DNA from: a virus
Virus record (IMG/VR): IMGVR_UViG_3300045988_176357
Location: 32,001 to 96,000 of that record
Strand: one strand, 5' to 3'
DNA: 64,000 nucleotides
Of this stretch, positions 45,325 through 57,284 are shown piece by piece. The notes beneath the pieces are model-generated. The model saw nothing but the letters and a program-made list of their open reading frames with translations. It was not told the origin of the DNA and made no database searches. Position 1 is the stretch's first letter. Each line of letters starts with the position of its first letter. Made by a program: the position numbers and the translations under genes.

Positions 45325-47466
45325 ATGTCTAACAATCTCATCATCGACGAAGGCTATCTGCGGAAAACAGCAGCGAATTAGCCTGGCTAGGGGCCGTCCT
45401 TTGAACAGCAGTTCGGCATCCTTGCGAATGCCCAGATCACCGACAAGTACCCCAGCCTCGGCAACTATCTTGTAGCTGCTCAGCTTCTTGACAAGAGTGA
45501 CGACAACTCGTTCGCCGTGTGCGCTGTTGTGTACAAGCTCGGCAACAACTTCATCTACGTGCCTGCTGTGTTCCGCAATGGAAAAATATTCACCGGCTAG
45601 ATCATGGAAGTTCCGTCGCTGCAGAGAATGCTGCCGTTGTCGGATGCATGGATGAGCTGGGTGAAGAACAAGGACATCGGCGGATAGGGCTAGCTAATTC
45701 CTTCATAGCTCTCCAGGCTGTACGGATAGAATGCATCTTCTGCACGCAGCAGAGAGCCTGTCGATCCGCTCATGAAAACAGCGTCTGTGAACAGTGTCTC
45801 TGTTATGGATACGGCATTGAAGCTCGGCAAGAAGGCTTCCTAGAAGCTCGTCGACATGTTCACCAACATTGACTATCTGAATGCCGCCTTCAAGTATTAC
45901 AGCCCTGAACAGATCGACTCATTCGCAAAGAAGGCTGCACAGATGTTCCCATAGACATAGCCTGTTTAGATCATCTCTGTGCTCGACAAGAAAGCTGCTC
46001 TCCTTACATAGGAACAGAAAAAGAATCTGTATGCCGACGGCTTTGTGGTCAAGTAGGGCAATAAAGTAGACTGGGGTCCCGCGTAGGATTCCATTAAGGC
46101 TGTCGAATATAAGAATCTTCGCTAGGCCTTCGTTAAGCCGCAGAAGTCCTGCATGTGCCAGGTGCTGACTCGGACCGGATAGCTGCAGGATGTAACTTAT
46201 CTTGTAGTTGAGGGTAACTGTAACAGAGATGTCTGTTGCTGCTGTGATTAGTGGGATCCCGGTTCCAGATATAAACGTGGAGTCAGTACTGTTAAACACG
46301 TTGCTCCGGCCAAAGACTCTCCATTCTTCGGCAACAGATAGTACAAGAATGTAATAGTTCAGGACGGCCAGTATCTTACTGTGTAGAGTGTTCCGTGTGT
46401 TCTGCTCAGCAGTATCAAGGATATCGACGTTTCCGCTACAGGTAAGAGCATATAGGGTCTCAAATAGATTCCGTACAACAGCATCCTGCTGACAAAAGAT
46501 GGCTACACGATGTTCGGCCTCAGAGGAACGAAGCAGCCGAACGGAGATTTTGTCTCCTATAATCTCACAGTTCACATTACAGAAGATGACAACCTCAAGC
46601 AGCCGCTGATTCTTAAAGAGTATATTGAAGTACCGAAAGGCAGCCGCATCATCTTCCCCGCAGGCAACTACAATACTGACGGCACACCTAAGCAGGATAA
46701 ACTGCAATAGACACACAAGTCTGTGTACGTGGCTTATGGAGATCTCGGCAGAGCCATCGACGCTTTTGATTCCAAGTACTACAGCAAGCTGAAGGTAACC
46801 AGCGACGGACAGTAGATTTCCATATCCGGTGCCAAATCCAATCCGGCTGACAGAATGCAGGTGAAAGAAGCTGTGCTGCACCTTGTGCGTGACTACGGAC
46901 TCGCTCCTCTGGATGCAAAGGCGATTGTCAAGAAAGCCGGTGCAGGCAGCATACTGAATCCTGTATCAACTTCGTACAGATTATTCAAATCTGCCGCGTA
47001 GATGGTTTAGAGCGACATGTGGAAACCTGCCGACATCGGCTACTCTGAAGTACAGAATGTTCCTCCGCAGGTGACACAGGAAGATATTCAAGGCAAGGCA
47101 CTGCAGGACGAGCGCTAGATGCAGACTGTGCAGCGTGCGGCTGAAGCAGGTGTGAAGTAGGTGTTCGATACACAGACACTTAAGATGCTTGTGCAGGCTG
47201 CTGATCCGCATGAATAGGTACTGTAGGCGCTGCCGGACTTCATGAACACGCTCGATAAGCTGTGCAAGCTGCTGTTCCTTTTCAGATGCCACTTGAGCGA
47301 TATGTAGAAGAAGTACGGAGCTGTGAAGCTCAGATCACTTTAGTTGTCCATCAAGAACACGCTGAATGATCTGTCATAGCTCACGATTTTCCTCAAGCTC
47401 AGAGGTCTCAACAATGGAGAAGCTCCTGATGCAGGAGATCTGCAGACAGGAACTATGATGAACTGA
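45325..47466 (+). CDS. Large hypothetical protein of 713 aa, a portal candidate by position at the head of the morphogenesis block.
   Basis: ATG 45325, frame 1, includes track ORF 46510-46710. About 45 TAGs. TGA 47464-47466. The 320-aa minus-strand standard-code ORF 45919-46881 is Leu-rich and reads as antisense. Confidence 0.4.
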
Positions 47467-47490
47467 TGCCTGTATCCAACTAGAGCGCAC

Positions 47491-47530
47491 CATTCAAGAG
47501 GAGTCCTGTCTTTTAGCGGGACTCCTTTTT
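47491..47530 (+). terminator. Rho-independent terminator.
   Basis: ggagtcc…ggactcc hairpin followed by a T-run. Confidence 0.55.
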
Positions 47531-47690
47531 ACAACCGCCCGACTGGCGATGGCAGGAAGCCAAGCAAATAGTCAGGGCGCAGCTGACAGACACCAACTAT
47601 ACACCTTCTTCCGACCCGATAATTCTGTATGCTGCTCGTATACAGAGAGCATGTCGGAATACAGATACGAGAAAGTTCGTACAGGCAAAG

Positions 47691-48350
47691 ATGCCCGATG
47701 CCTGGCAGGTGTTCACTCTTGGGACATTTGACAACTCGTCACAGCTCAGAGCCTAGGTGGAAGCATGTCTTATCTATGGCCTGACTCCTTAGAAGACTTC
47801 TTAGAAACTGAAATGGCTGACCCCTGTACAGGTAAGACTGTACTCTGACTTGTTCTGTGACCTCACAGGTGTTCAGGCTATATCAGGGTGGTTTTAGCAA
47901 ATGCTGCTGCAGCCAGCCAGAGTCGGTAAATCTATGAACCTGTTCAGGGCCAGAGCGCTCGCACATTACCACTCCTTATAGGCAGCCCTGCACTCTCTGC
48001 GTTTCGGAAACTCTGGAAAGAGTGCCAAGTAGGCTATGGACGCCATGTGGAGAAACTGCAGAAATACGCAGGTTTTTGACTACATAGCCAAGGAGCTTAA
48101 CGTACCTATCTAGGTGTACACCCAGATGATGTAGCAGGCGGTAAAGAATCGGTAGGATCAGGCATTTATGCTGCAGCAGAAATAGGGTGGAGGCTAGTCG
48201 CAGGCTATCATAGATGCGGCGAATATTCTCAACTCCAGTATAAGAGGATTCAGCAGAGCTTAGATACAGCTTACAACATAGCAGCAGAAAGCCGGTGTTG
48301 ACTTCACTACGCAGTACACTCAGTTTATAAAACATAAATCAGAGGCTTAA
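47691..48350 (+). CDS. Hypothetical protein.
   Basis: Frame 0. First ATG at 47691, though the frame is open further upstream. TAA 48348-48350. Confidence 0.35.
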
Positions 48351-48353
48351 TAT

Positions 48354-50087
48354 ATGGGATAGTTAAAGAAACTGGATCAGCTCACAGAATACCAGCTGAC
48401 CAATGCTATTGAGAAGGCGGCTACACTGGCCCTCGGCTCAGACAAGGACAGAAGCTAGATTCTGGCATAGCAGCTTGATCTTGCTGACGTCCCGAAGAAG
48501 CTCACAAAACTTGCGGCACAGGCATTCAATAGAAGGCTTGCTGTAGTCACGCTAGGAAAACGCAATGATTAGCACAAGGCGTAGGACTTCCCGCTTGCCG
48601 ACATCGAAAAGGTAGCTTCACTGCGTGGTGTGTAGCAGCTCGATAAGGTTGCCTCTGTCGGTACTGAGTTTGAGTTCAGAATCAAGGAGCCTGAAAAACC
48701 TGCAATGGTCAAAGCTGCGTCCTTCAAGGAACCACAGCCTGAACCGACTATCGGACAGCTGATGCAGAAGTTGTAGCACATGCTGTAGAAGGAAACCAAA
48801 GCATTCTAGGCGGACTATTACAATCTGATCAATTAGAAGAAAGATCTGGATCGTATGGTCAAGAAAGCCTCTGACATGCTGCGGGATGAGACTAAGCTTT
48901 CCAGGTTGATGTCTACAGTATATGGTGATACATACACTGAACTGTTTAAAGACAAGCTCCCTGAATAGTCTCTGAAGAAATCGGCTGCCTATGCTGTGCT
49001 TCCTGCATCTGCAACTGTTGAGTACGTGTAGAAGACTATACAGCAGGCATAGAATGTGCGATGGCGCCAGAAGTCTCTGTAGAAGAAAGCTCAGGCTCTG
49101 GATGTCTTCTGCACGGAAGCTGTAAAGACATAGAATGCTGTAAGGCAGGGGCTGCTCAGCGGGCTTATTAAAAATGCAGATGGGTATACGGTTGTCAAGG
49201 ATGTCCTTGCAAACATGTTGTCCGTACCTCTGATGGCAGGTATTAAAGGCGGTCAGGGTGCCTTGTAGACGGCAGGAAGCATACTTCGTTCCGGTACAGG
49301 CTCTCAGAGATATGCTGTAAATCCTTAGTCTGCTATTACAGGTGCTCTGCTGAATGCGGACAGATATGACGACAAGGTGATGCGCCTTGCTGACATGCTT
49401 GCAGACAGGGACTTCAAAGACTTCCCTGCACAGTAGATATAGAAAGCTGTGTAGGATGTCATAGTTTAGAACCCCTCATATCTGTCTCCGAGATTCAAGC
49501 AACACCTTAAAACAGCTGTTGCAGCTAGACTGATGCAGGGGGGCAAGACCAATCAGGCATCTCAGGCAGCTTAGGCCGCTACTGTAAAATCTATTACTTC
49601 AGCCGACAGGTAGCGTGCACAGGCTGCAGCTGTCAATGCAGTTAAAGGCATGTCTCCTGTGTAGACTTAGGGAAGTGTAGCTGACCTTGTTCCTGACTTG
49701 TCTAAAGCAATGTAGAGACTGAACCTTGGAAACACTGTATTTGTCGGAAATCTTGGACAGAACTGGTAGCAGTTCTCCAGAGATATCGGCTAGGCCAGAA
49801 AGCAGAACTAGGCTAATAAGTAGAAAGATGCTGAAGCCAGACTCCAGGCAATCAAGAACTACATGTCCAACAGGCAGAAAGCTATCAAGTACCTGGCCAA
49901 TAAAGCAGCTGCAAATCCGAAGCTCCAGAAACAGCTTGGCATTCCCAAAAGGACAGGAAAGAACATCAAAGGACTTACTGATCTGCGACTGTAGAATAAA
50001 CAACCTGCAGTCAATTTGGCTACAGCACAACTTGCAGCTGCCAGTGCACCTCAGCAGTAGGCGCTCTATGCTGAGATTGTCTAGTAA
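48354..50087 (+). CDS. Alpha-helical or coiled-coil protein of 577 aa, in the head-morphogenesis region.
   Basis: ATG 48354, frame 0, about 35 TAGs, TAA 50085-50087. Confidence 0.4.
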
Positions 50088-50098
50088 GAGGTAATGCA

Positions 50099-52027
50099 AT
50101 GATACAGAAAAGAATCGTCCCTTAGGCTTCCGATTTCGGAGGATAGGAACCTGTACAGATACTTAAAGTCAGTTCCAAAGGGTTGGATAAGTCTGCATCC
50201 ATGCAGAAACGTGCAGCAGCTTTCGACGACATCATAGCAGATCTGAAGCCGATGCCCAAGAAAGCGTACCTGCACGTTATCACTACTGGAGCGATGTAGC
50301 ACTTCGGTATCAACAGGAACTGCTTCGTAGCAGGTACTATGGTTGTCACCTGGAATGGCACGAAAGCAATCTAGCACATTCGTGTGGGTGATCTTGTGCA
50401 GAGCGGCAGCGGTTAGATGCGTAGGGTTAACGACACATCTGCCAGGTGGTACAAAGGTCAGCTTGTAAAACTGACAGCAAAGAACGGATAGATCGTTGTC
50501 ACCATGACATAGGATCATCCGGTACTTGTTCTCGATGCCAGCTAGAAGTGGGGCGACTTTGTTTCTGCCAAGGATATCAAGCCTGGAGCTAAGTTGCTGG
50601 TACCTGACGACAAAGTAACATAGACCGCACTGAAATACAATATAACTGTAGACAAGGTGTAGTTCACTTATACAGAGTCAACTGTCGTCTATGACCTGAA
50701 GATCGAAGTCGAACGTACCTTCTGCGTTCCTTTTGTCGTGCACAACTGCGACGGCTGGAATTAGGATGCTTTTGTGTACAGACCTCCGATGCCTAAAAAT
50801 GCATCCTGCAAGTAGATTCAGCTCGATGGCGGACTCAGGAAGTACCATTCGACATACCTGGACAAGGCAGCTGTATATCAGGAGCACCAGACTGACAAGT
50901 AGAAGTCAGGATAGGTGAAAGCAGCTGTGTACAATGATAAGATGCACAGAGGCTAGTTGCTCATTGAAGTGGACACTGACAAGTGGGCATAGCGGCTGAA
51001 CAAGAAGGCGAACGGCCAGGACATATTCCTTTCGGTTGGAGCTTCGCTGAGAACCGATTATTGCACCGCCTGCGGGAATGCAGCGCACACGCTCGACTAG
51101 CACTGTTAGCACATCAAGAAACATGCAGGAATGGTGCTGTCAGACGGTACCAAGATCGGCATGATAAACGATGCTCCCAAGTTCTATGACATCTCAGGAG
51201 TGAACGTACCTGCAGACCAGATGGCATTCGTGCTGCGCAAGGTAGCATCAGGCGACAGTGCAGCCAAGGCCATTGAAGCTGCGAGGTTCCAGGCAACAAG
51301 ACCTCCTATGTCATTGTCAAAGGCTGCAAGACTTCTCGGTAAACTCGCGTAGCTGTAGAAATGCATTCAGTGTGAAGCACAGGACGATCCGATCTTTGCT
51401 GACTCTCCGGAAGCTGTGGAAGATTTTCTAAAAGCGGTATAGAATTACGACGCCGACTAGATCATCGATCAGTGCAACCGCAAGGCAATCCTTCTGTCAC
51501 CGAAAATGCTCTTTAAGATCCTCGGCAAGGAATCTGATAATCAGTAGCTGTTCAATACCTTTGCCTAGAGCTGCCCTTGCAGTGGTCAGCACCTCATGTA
51601 GGATATGCAGCAGGACTAGGAATTCAAGCCTATGCTCAGCGACGGCAGTTTCGATTCTGTGCTTCCTGTAGATCTCACTTTATAGGATGTTCTTAAACAG
51701 TTCATACCTTAGTTTGGTGTCAGCAGGCCTGCTCTGAACGGCAAAGCTATACGAATATAGATAACATCCGCCTAGCCTTAGAAAGATATGCAGCAGTTCA
51801 AAGACAAACTGCAGGACAGCATGCAGGACTCAGAATCGAGTTAGGACGATGATTCCGGTGATCGACAGAATGAGGATTCAGACAAAGAGGAGGATATGTA
51901 GAAGAAGGCGTCTCTCGTTGGAGACCAGTTCAGAAGAACATATGCCAGATACGTTCTGAGTTTTGCTTAGCGTAACAGTTAGGACACCTGCATGTTAGCC
52001 ATGCAGAAGCTCGCCAGATATAAGTAA
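50099..52027 (+). CDS. Head-morphogenesis protein of 642 aa carrying a mini-intein, with a zinc-binding CxxC…H…H region and an acidic C-terminal tail.
   Basis: ATG 50099, frame 2, includes track ORF 51131-51352. TAA 52025-52027. Confidence 0.45.
50321..50746 (+). mobile_element. Intein 6, a mini-intein.
   Basis: …HFGINRN|CFVAGTMVVTWNGTKAIQHIRVGDLV… Block B VTMTQDHPVLVL. Ends …VVYDLKIEVERTFCVPFVVHN|CDGWNQ (canonical HN+Cys). Confidence 0.6.
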
Positions 52028-52077
52028 CGTCACTCTCTATGTGAGATAGATAATCCCAACAAAAAGGTAATATACCC

Positions 52078-53334
52078 ATGAGTATGCTTAACAAGAAAGC
52101 CGCTTTTCTCCACGATCTGCTTGTTCAGTCCGGAGCGCTGCACAAAGTTGCAGGCGGCGAATAGATTACAGAGAAGAAGCTCGATGCTCCGCAGCCCACT
52201 ATCGGCGACAAGATGCAGAATGAAACCGAAGAGGCTACGAATGGCAACTATGCTTCCGATCCCAGTGTGAACGCCGAGGTCAAAGGCACTGTCGAAATGG
52301 TAGAGAACAAGATCGAAGGCGACGATGACAAGAAGGCTGAAAAAGACCTTGCAGAGACCGGTACTGATGTGAAAGACGTATGTCCTGCAGGTATGCCTAC
52401 AGGAACTCCTGCTCAGGTTGCAAAGTCTGCAGCTCTCAAGCAGAAGCTCACGGCCTGCATCAATGCCCAGATCGAAAAAGAAGCCGCTATGAAGAAAGCA
52501 GCTGAAGAAGCTGAGCTTGCCAAACAGGCTGCAGCTAAGCAGGCTGAGAGCAATGAAGTGATGACAGCTACCGAAGTTCTTAACAAGGTTGCATCTTTCA
52601 CTGAGGACAAAACAGCTGAAGAACTTGCAGCGCTTACTGACGACATCGAAGTCAGCTTCAAGAAACTCGCTGCTACCAATCCGCTGTTCAATGTTGCCTG
52701 CGAACAGGCTCTGATTCGCAAGATGGCAGCTGAGGTTGAAGCTCTTTCAGCATCTGAAGGCATTCCTCCGGAAGAAGCGGCTGCGGCGCTCGATGCTGCT
52801 GTCGCTGAAGATCCTGAAGCGATGAGTGAACTTACTAACGAGGCTGAAGGTGAGGCTCTGTCTGATCTTGCAGCTGCGGAACAGGACTCTGCTGCTCTTA
52901 TGGACGGACTCGACCAGACCGCTGCACAGCTCTCTGAAGCTCTTGGTGAACCCGTTACAAGTGACGATATTCTCGCGGCTGTCGATGAAGTCACTGCTCA
53001 GGCCGAACAGCTTGGAGTTCCTCCGGAAGCTCTCGTTCAGGCTGCTGCAGCTGAGATGGCTCAGGGAGCTTAGATCTCTCCTGAAGATGCAGCTGCTGCT
53101 GAACAGCTTGTCAGTGATGCTGCTGCTCAGGGTGTTTCTCCCGAAGAGCTTGTCGAAGGCATTGCTCAGGCTGAAGCTGGTGCTGCCCCTGTCGAAGGTG
53201 CGCCTGCGGAGGCTCCTGCAGCTGAACCTGCACCCACTGAAGAGTAGCTCGCAAAAGAAGCTTGCCTCAGAAAGCTCGCATCTACGAAGCGCGGCGCCAA
53301 TCTCATGAAGATTCTTACTGCCAGCGGCAAGTAA
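52078..53334 (+). CDS. Scaffolding protein: acidic, Ala/Glu-rich and alpha-helical.
   Basis: ATG 52078, frame 1, includes track ORF 52213-53073. Only 3 TAGs. TAA 53332-53334. Sits directly upstream of the decoration and capsid genes. Confidence 0.5.
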
Positions 53335-53344
53335 GGAGCGCACA

Positions 53345-53752
53345 ATGTCACAGGACTTCCAGAAGATCGCTGAAGAAGCGATTAAACAGTGCGCAGAATA
53401 TGAAGCTCGCATTAACCAGCTCCAGGAACAGATTGCTCTCACCAAGAAGGCAAATCTGGCCGATCCTGAGCTGGTTAAGAAGTCCGTGGAAGCTCTCACT
53501 AAAACAGGAGGTATCACGGCATAGCAGGCAGACGAGACAGCTCAGTTGCTTGCCCACGACCCAAATGCCTCCTTAAGAGCTATTCAGGCTCTGTGCGACC
53601 GCTACACTGACGCAGCTCCCATTGTGAAAAAAGAATCCGATATATAGGGCGGCAGGCTTGTTGATACATTCAATAAGCAGGCATCGGCGGCTCCTGTTGA
53701 AGACGCATACGCTGCAGTTGCCCGTGTCCTCGGACTAAAGATGAATAAATAA
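53345..53752 (+). CDS. Hypothetical protein.
   Basis: TAAGGAG RBS, ATG 53345, frame 2, 2 TAGs, TAA 53750-53752. Confidence 0.4.
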
Positions 53753-53763
53753 AGGAAACTATT

Positions 53764-54348
53764 ATGGCTATTACAAGGTCTGTTAAACAGCAGTACGAGT
53801 ACTACGTTGCTGTTAAGAGCGGCGTTCTTGATGAGACCAACTGTCTCATGCACACGGCTGTGCTGAATGAGAATGCCGATAAGGTTGTTCGCGGCTCTGT
53901 TATCTCTCTGAATGCTGCGGGCGAATTCGTGCTTGGGCTTACTGAAGGTTCCGGCAATCTGTATCCGATGCCCTGCTTCGCGAAGAAGAATGCGTTTGAT
54001 CCGGATGTCATGACCGGCGCTGTCGGCAGTGCTACCGGCGAAGTTATCGCCAGTTCTACTGTCGGTAAGAAGATGTCCGCCTATGTTGCTACGGGTGCAT
54101 TTGAAATCGAATCCTCTGAGTTCGATAAGGATGCTACGTATGCGATCAATGCTGCACTTGTCTGTGCTGATGGCGACAAGCTTGGAAAGGTCACTCCCGG
54201 TGGTGCGAACGCTGTGTACGGAGCGAAGACTGTCGTCGGTATCGTCAGTGCGCTTCCGTTCCGCTCCAAAGCCAGCCTGAACGTGAACGGCACTGCTGTT
54301 AACCGCATCTGCTTCTGGTCGGTCTTCTTCCCGCCGAAGCGTGGTTAA
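53764..54348 (+). CDS. Putative head decoration protein (gpD-like), 194 aa.
   Basis: Complete standard-code ORF with zero TAG codons. AAAGGAAA RBS. Placed between scaffold and capsid genes. Assignment rests on position and a loose resemblance to lambda gpD only. Confidence 0.4.
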   Translation: MAITRSVKQQYEYYVAVKSGVLDETNCLMHTAVLNENADKVVRGSVISLNAAGEFVLGLTEGSGNLYPMPCFAKKNAFDPDVMTGAVGSATGEVIASSTVGKKMSAYVATGAFEIESSEFDKDATYAINAALVCADGDKLGKVTPGGANAVYGAKTVVGIVSALPFRSKASLNVNGTAVNRICFWSVFFPPKRG

Positions 54349-54404
54349 TCCGCTGTAAGATAAACCAGGGGAGCGTGTCTCCCCGATAACTATAGGAACG
54401 CAAT

Positions 54405-55418
54405 ATGTACACTTCCGATCAGATTGCTGCCATCAATCAGGAGTTTAAAGACAAGCTCCTCAGCGATGACTCCGCTATGGTGAAACAGGCGGGACTCGCA
54501 GGCACCACATATTTCCGTACGCGCATTCGCTAGAATGCCGTATACCGCAAGCTTCTTCCTCCGGTCTCCGTTACGGCTGACAACTTCGATGTGAATGAAG
54601 CCTCCGACCTTCCCAGCATGATTGTCGAGCTCGACATCAACTCCGAAGGTGCAATGCAGGTTCCGTTTGAAACGGCTACCACCGGCGCAACCTTCAACGG
54701 ACGCAAGGCGAGATGTGAATTCGGGCGCATCATGACGCCGAAGTACGAGATCGACAAAATCCGTCTTACCGGATACAAGATGCCGATCCTTGACATCCTG
54801 TACGACCTCATGCTCAAAGACATCATGGATGTCGAAGACGAAGCGTGGGCGGCTGTCAACCAGGAAATCGTCGGCAATGCTGATAACCAGACCGATCAGA
54901 TCGCTGAATTCGGTCTCCGCCGCGCTATCCGCCAGACCTGGGATCGTGAAGGCGTTGCCGGTCTCGGTGCTGCGGCTGCCGGATTGCTCCGCACGAAGGG
55001 CAAATTGAAACCGTCCAAAGGACTCATGAACGAACTTCTGTACATCAGAATGGCTGAGTGGGATCGAAATACCGTTGGCGGCGATATGGCTCAGGACATG
55101 CTGTTCGATGGTGTCACGACCGGCAAGCTGAACAAGCTCGATGTCCTCGTCACCTCCAAGGATACTGTCTGCTCCGAATACGATCTGTGGGTGTTCACTG
55201 ATCCGCAGTTCTATGGTGCGAACTACACGTACCAGGATGTCAGCATGGTTACGGACGAAAAGGATGGAATCTTCCTGAACTTCTTCGCCTATGAGACCAT
55301 CGGCGGTATCGTTGTGAACAGAGCCGGTGTCTGCAAGGTCACGTACGATGCGAAGAACATCAACGAGTGCACCTTCTGGACTGATCCGGTTGATGCTTCC
55401 GACGCCATCGGTGGCTGA
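54405..55418 (+). CDS. Major capsid protein (probable), 337 aa.
   Basis: ATG 54405, frame 0, a single TAG, then track ORF 54591-55418 ends at TGA. Followed immediately by a strong terminator. Position after scaffold and decoration genes. Confidence 0.5.
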
Positions 55419-55439
55419 TTGAAATCAGGTTGCTGATTA

Positions 55440-55472
55440 TAAAAGCCCTCCGTAACAGGAGGGCTTTTTTTA
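55440..55472 (+). terminator. Rho-independent terminator.
   Basis: aaagccctcc…ggagggcttt followed by T7. Confidence 0.7.
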
Positions 55473-55520
55473 TGTCCTTAATGTGGTAAACTGTAAGAAA
55501 CCAACAAGAAAGGAAGTATT

Positions 55521-56309
55521 ATGTCAGTAACTATTCAGACCGTCATCACCAACAAGAGTCGCGGAGTTCGTTCCCTTATTGTTTCCAGATCAAAGACGTA
55601 CAGTCTCAGAGCAGGAGAGACAGTAGTTCTCGATTACGATATCTGGTCGTACCTCACACCTACAGTAAAACGGAAACTTGAACTGGATGTGCAGATGGGA
55701 AGACTCGAGATCACAACAAGGCTGTTCACAGACAATGCCAACATCTCTGTCGACCCTGATGGAACATATAAGATTGCCAACGGCGGACTTGAGGTCGCCA
55801 AGCCCAAAGAGCAGGTGAAAGAAAATAAGCTCCCGGCAGCCAAGGCTGACAAGGCCACCACCAACGGAAAACTGTTTGACAACAGTGGTACGGTTATGGC
55901 TGACAAGAGCTCGTCTGTCATGCAGAAAGCCATCGGAGCCAAGCGTGTTGAGGCTGGTAATACAGATCAGACAGAACAGCCTGCACAGGACAAAACAGGA
56001 TTCACTAAAACCGACATGAGCTCCTCGGGTCTTATGCATACTATGAACAATCTCGAACCTGCACATTCATCCAGCGTGTTCAAAGCCACCTCGACAGATA
56101 CAACCAAAGCAGAGGAAGAAGCCAAAACAGAAACAGAGAAAGAACTGTCACGTCCTGAATACATCGACGAACTGTATGCAGCTAAAGATTACACAGCCAT
56201 CGCAGGAGCGCTGACAGAGTGGTATCCTGGAACAACGTTCACAAAGGCTTCTATCAAGAAATGCAACAGCTATGCTGAACTCAAAGAAAAGTACCCTGTG
56301 CTTGCGTAA
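55521..56309 (+). CDS. Hypothetical virion protein, 262 aa, with no TAG codons.
   Basis: Complete ORF in the standard code. AAAGGAAG RBS. TAA stop. Followed by a terminator. Confidence 0.5.
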   Translation: MSVTIQTVITNKSRGVRSLIVSRSKTYSLRAGETVVLDYDIWSYLTPTVKRKLELDVQMGRLEITTRLFTDNANISVDPDGTYKIANGGLEVAKPKEQVKENKLPAAKADKATTNGKLFDNSGTVMADKSSSVMQKAIGAKRVEAGNTDQTEQPAQDKTGFTKTDMSSSGLMHTMNNLEPAHSSSVFKATSTDTTKAEEEAKTETEKELSRPEYIDELYAAKDYTAIAGALTEWYPGTTFTKASIKKCNSYAELKEKYPVLA

Positions 56310-56370
56310 TCAGGCTTATATAACGCTCCGCACTTTGTAGCTCGCTACATCATAACCTCCTCCTTTCTTC

Positions 56371-56415
56371 CGTCTGTACAGTATTACTCCTTTTGCTGTA
56401 CAGACGGTCTTTTAT
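56371..56415 (+). terminator. Rho-independent terminator.
   Basis: ccgtctgtacag…ctgtacagacgg followed by a T-run. Confidence 0.65.
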
Positions 56416-56449
56416 TACGCACTCACCTTAGTACAGTATAGGAACACAA

Positions 56450-56995
56450 ATGCGTAAATAGATAATTCAGTTTGTAACAGGAACTTAGGGATAGATACAG
56501 CGACTGTGTCCTGTAGCTACGCAGCAACAGCGCCTTATCCTCAATACAACTACAGGACAGGTATTCTGGGACTATGCAGGTGTACGGCATAAAGTAACAG
56601 CATAGATTGCCGACTGGAACCAGCAGGACTCAGATGCCGAGTCGTACATAAAGAATAAGCCTGTAATACCTTCTGATATCAGCCAACTCACAGACAACAC
56701 AGGGCTGATACCTAAAGATGTTACCGATCTTACAGACACTTCAGGTAATGTCGGCTACCTTAAATAGAGTGTCAATATGCAGGATGTAACACAGGACTCT
56801 GGTGCATATTACCTGCAACTTAAAGCCACCAGACTGCCGACATTCATACAGGCACCCTCAGGTGCTGTACATGATATATAGGGAGATTCTCTTACGGTAA
56901 CACCTACAGGGAGTGTGAAGATGAACCTCTCAAGGTATCTTGCATACGAGAATGCAACAATAATAAACTCTCAGTGGAGCTTGTTATACAGTTAA
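56450..56995 (+). CDS. Hypothetical protein carrying the RYLAYxxxT motif shared with the tail-fibre repeat domain.
   Basis: ATG 56450, frame 2, about 9 TAGs, TAA 56993-56995. Confidence 0.35.
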
Positions 56996-57014
56996 TAAAA
57001 TTAAGGAATGTAAA

Positions 57015-57281
57015 ATGAAAGACAAAGAGTAGAAAGTACCCGGTACCGTTGTGTAGATTAAGTCGGTTGAAACCTGCGATGAAGCTTGTGAAACTTGCAC
57101 CCAGTAGTGCTCTGAGGAGAAGCTTCAGGCTTTGTAGCAGGCTTTACAGTACTCACAGTTTTAGGTCATACAGAAATCAATTCTGCTTGTTGCAGTAACA
57201 GGTAAATTACAGTGTATGATCGGTACAATCCAAATAATTCTCCTCATCGGGCTTATGATCCATATGTTTTTCTTCATGTGA
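57015..57281 (+). CDS. Small membrane protein with a Cys motif and C-terminal transmembrane segment. Holin-like size.
   Basis: ATG 57015, frame 0, TGA 57279-57281. Confidence 0.3.
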
Positions 57282-57284
57282 TAA

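Noticed and set aside
45919-46881. 320-aa minus-strand ORF.
   Set aside because: Leu-rich antisense of the + strand 713-aa gene (45325-47466). Track ORF 46510-46710 on + matches the stitched frame.
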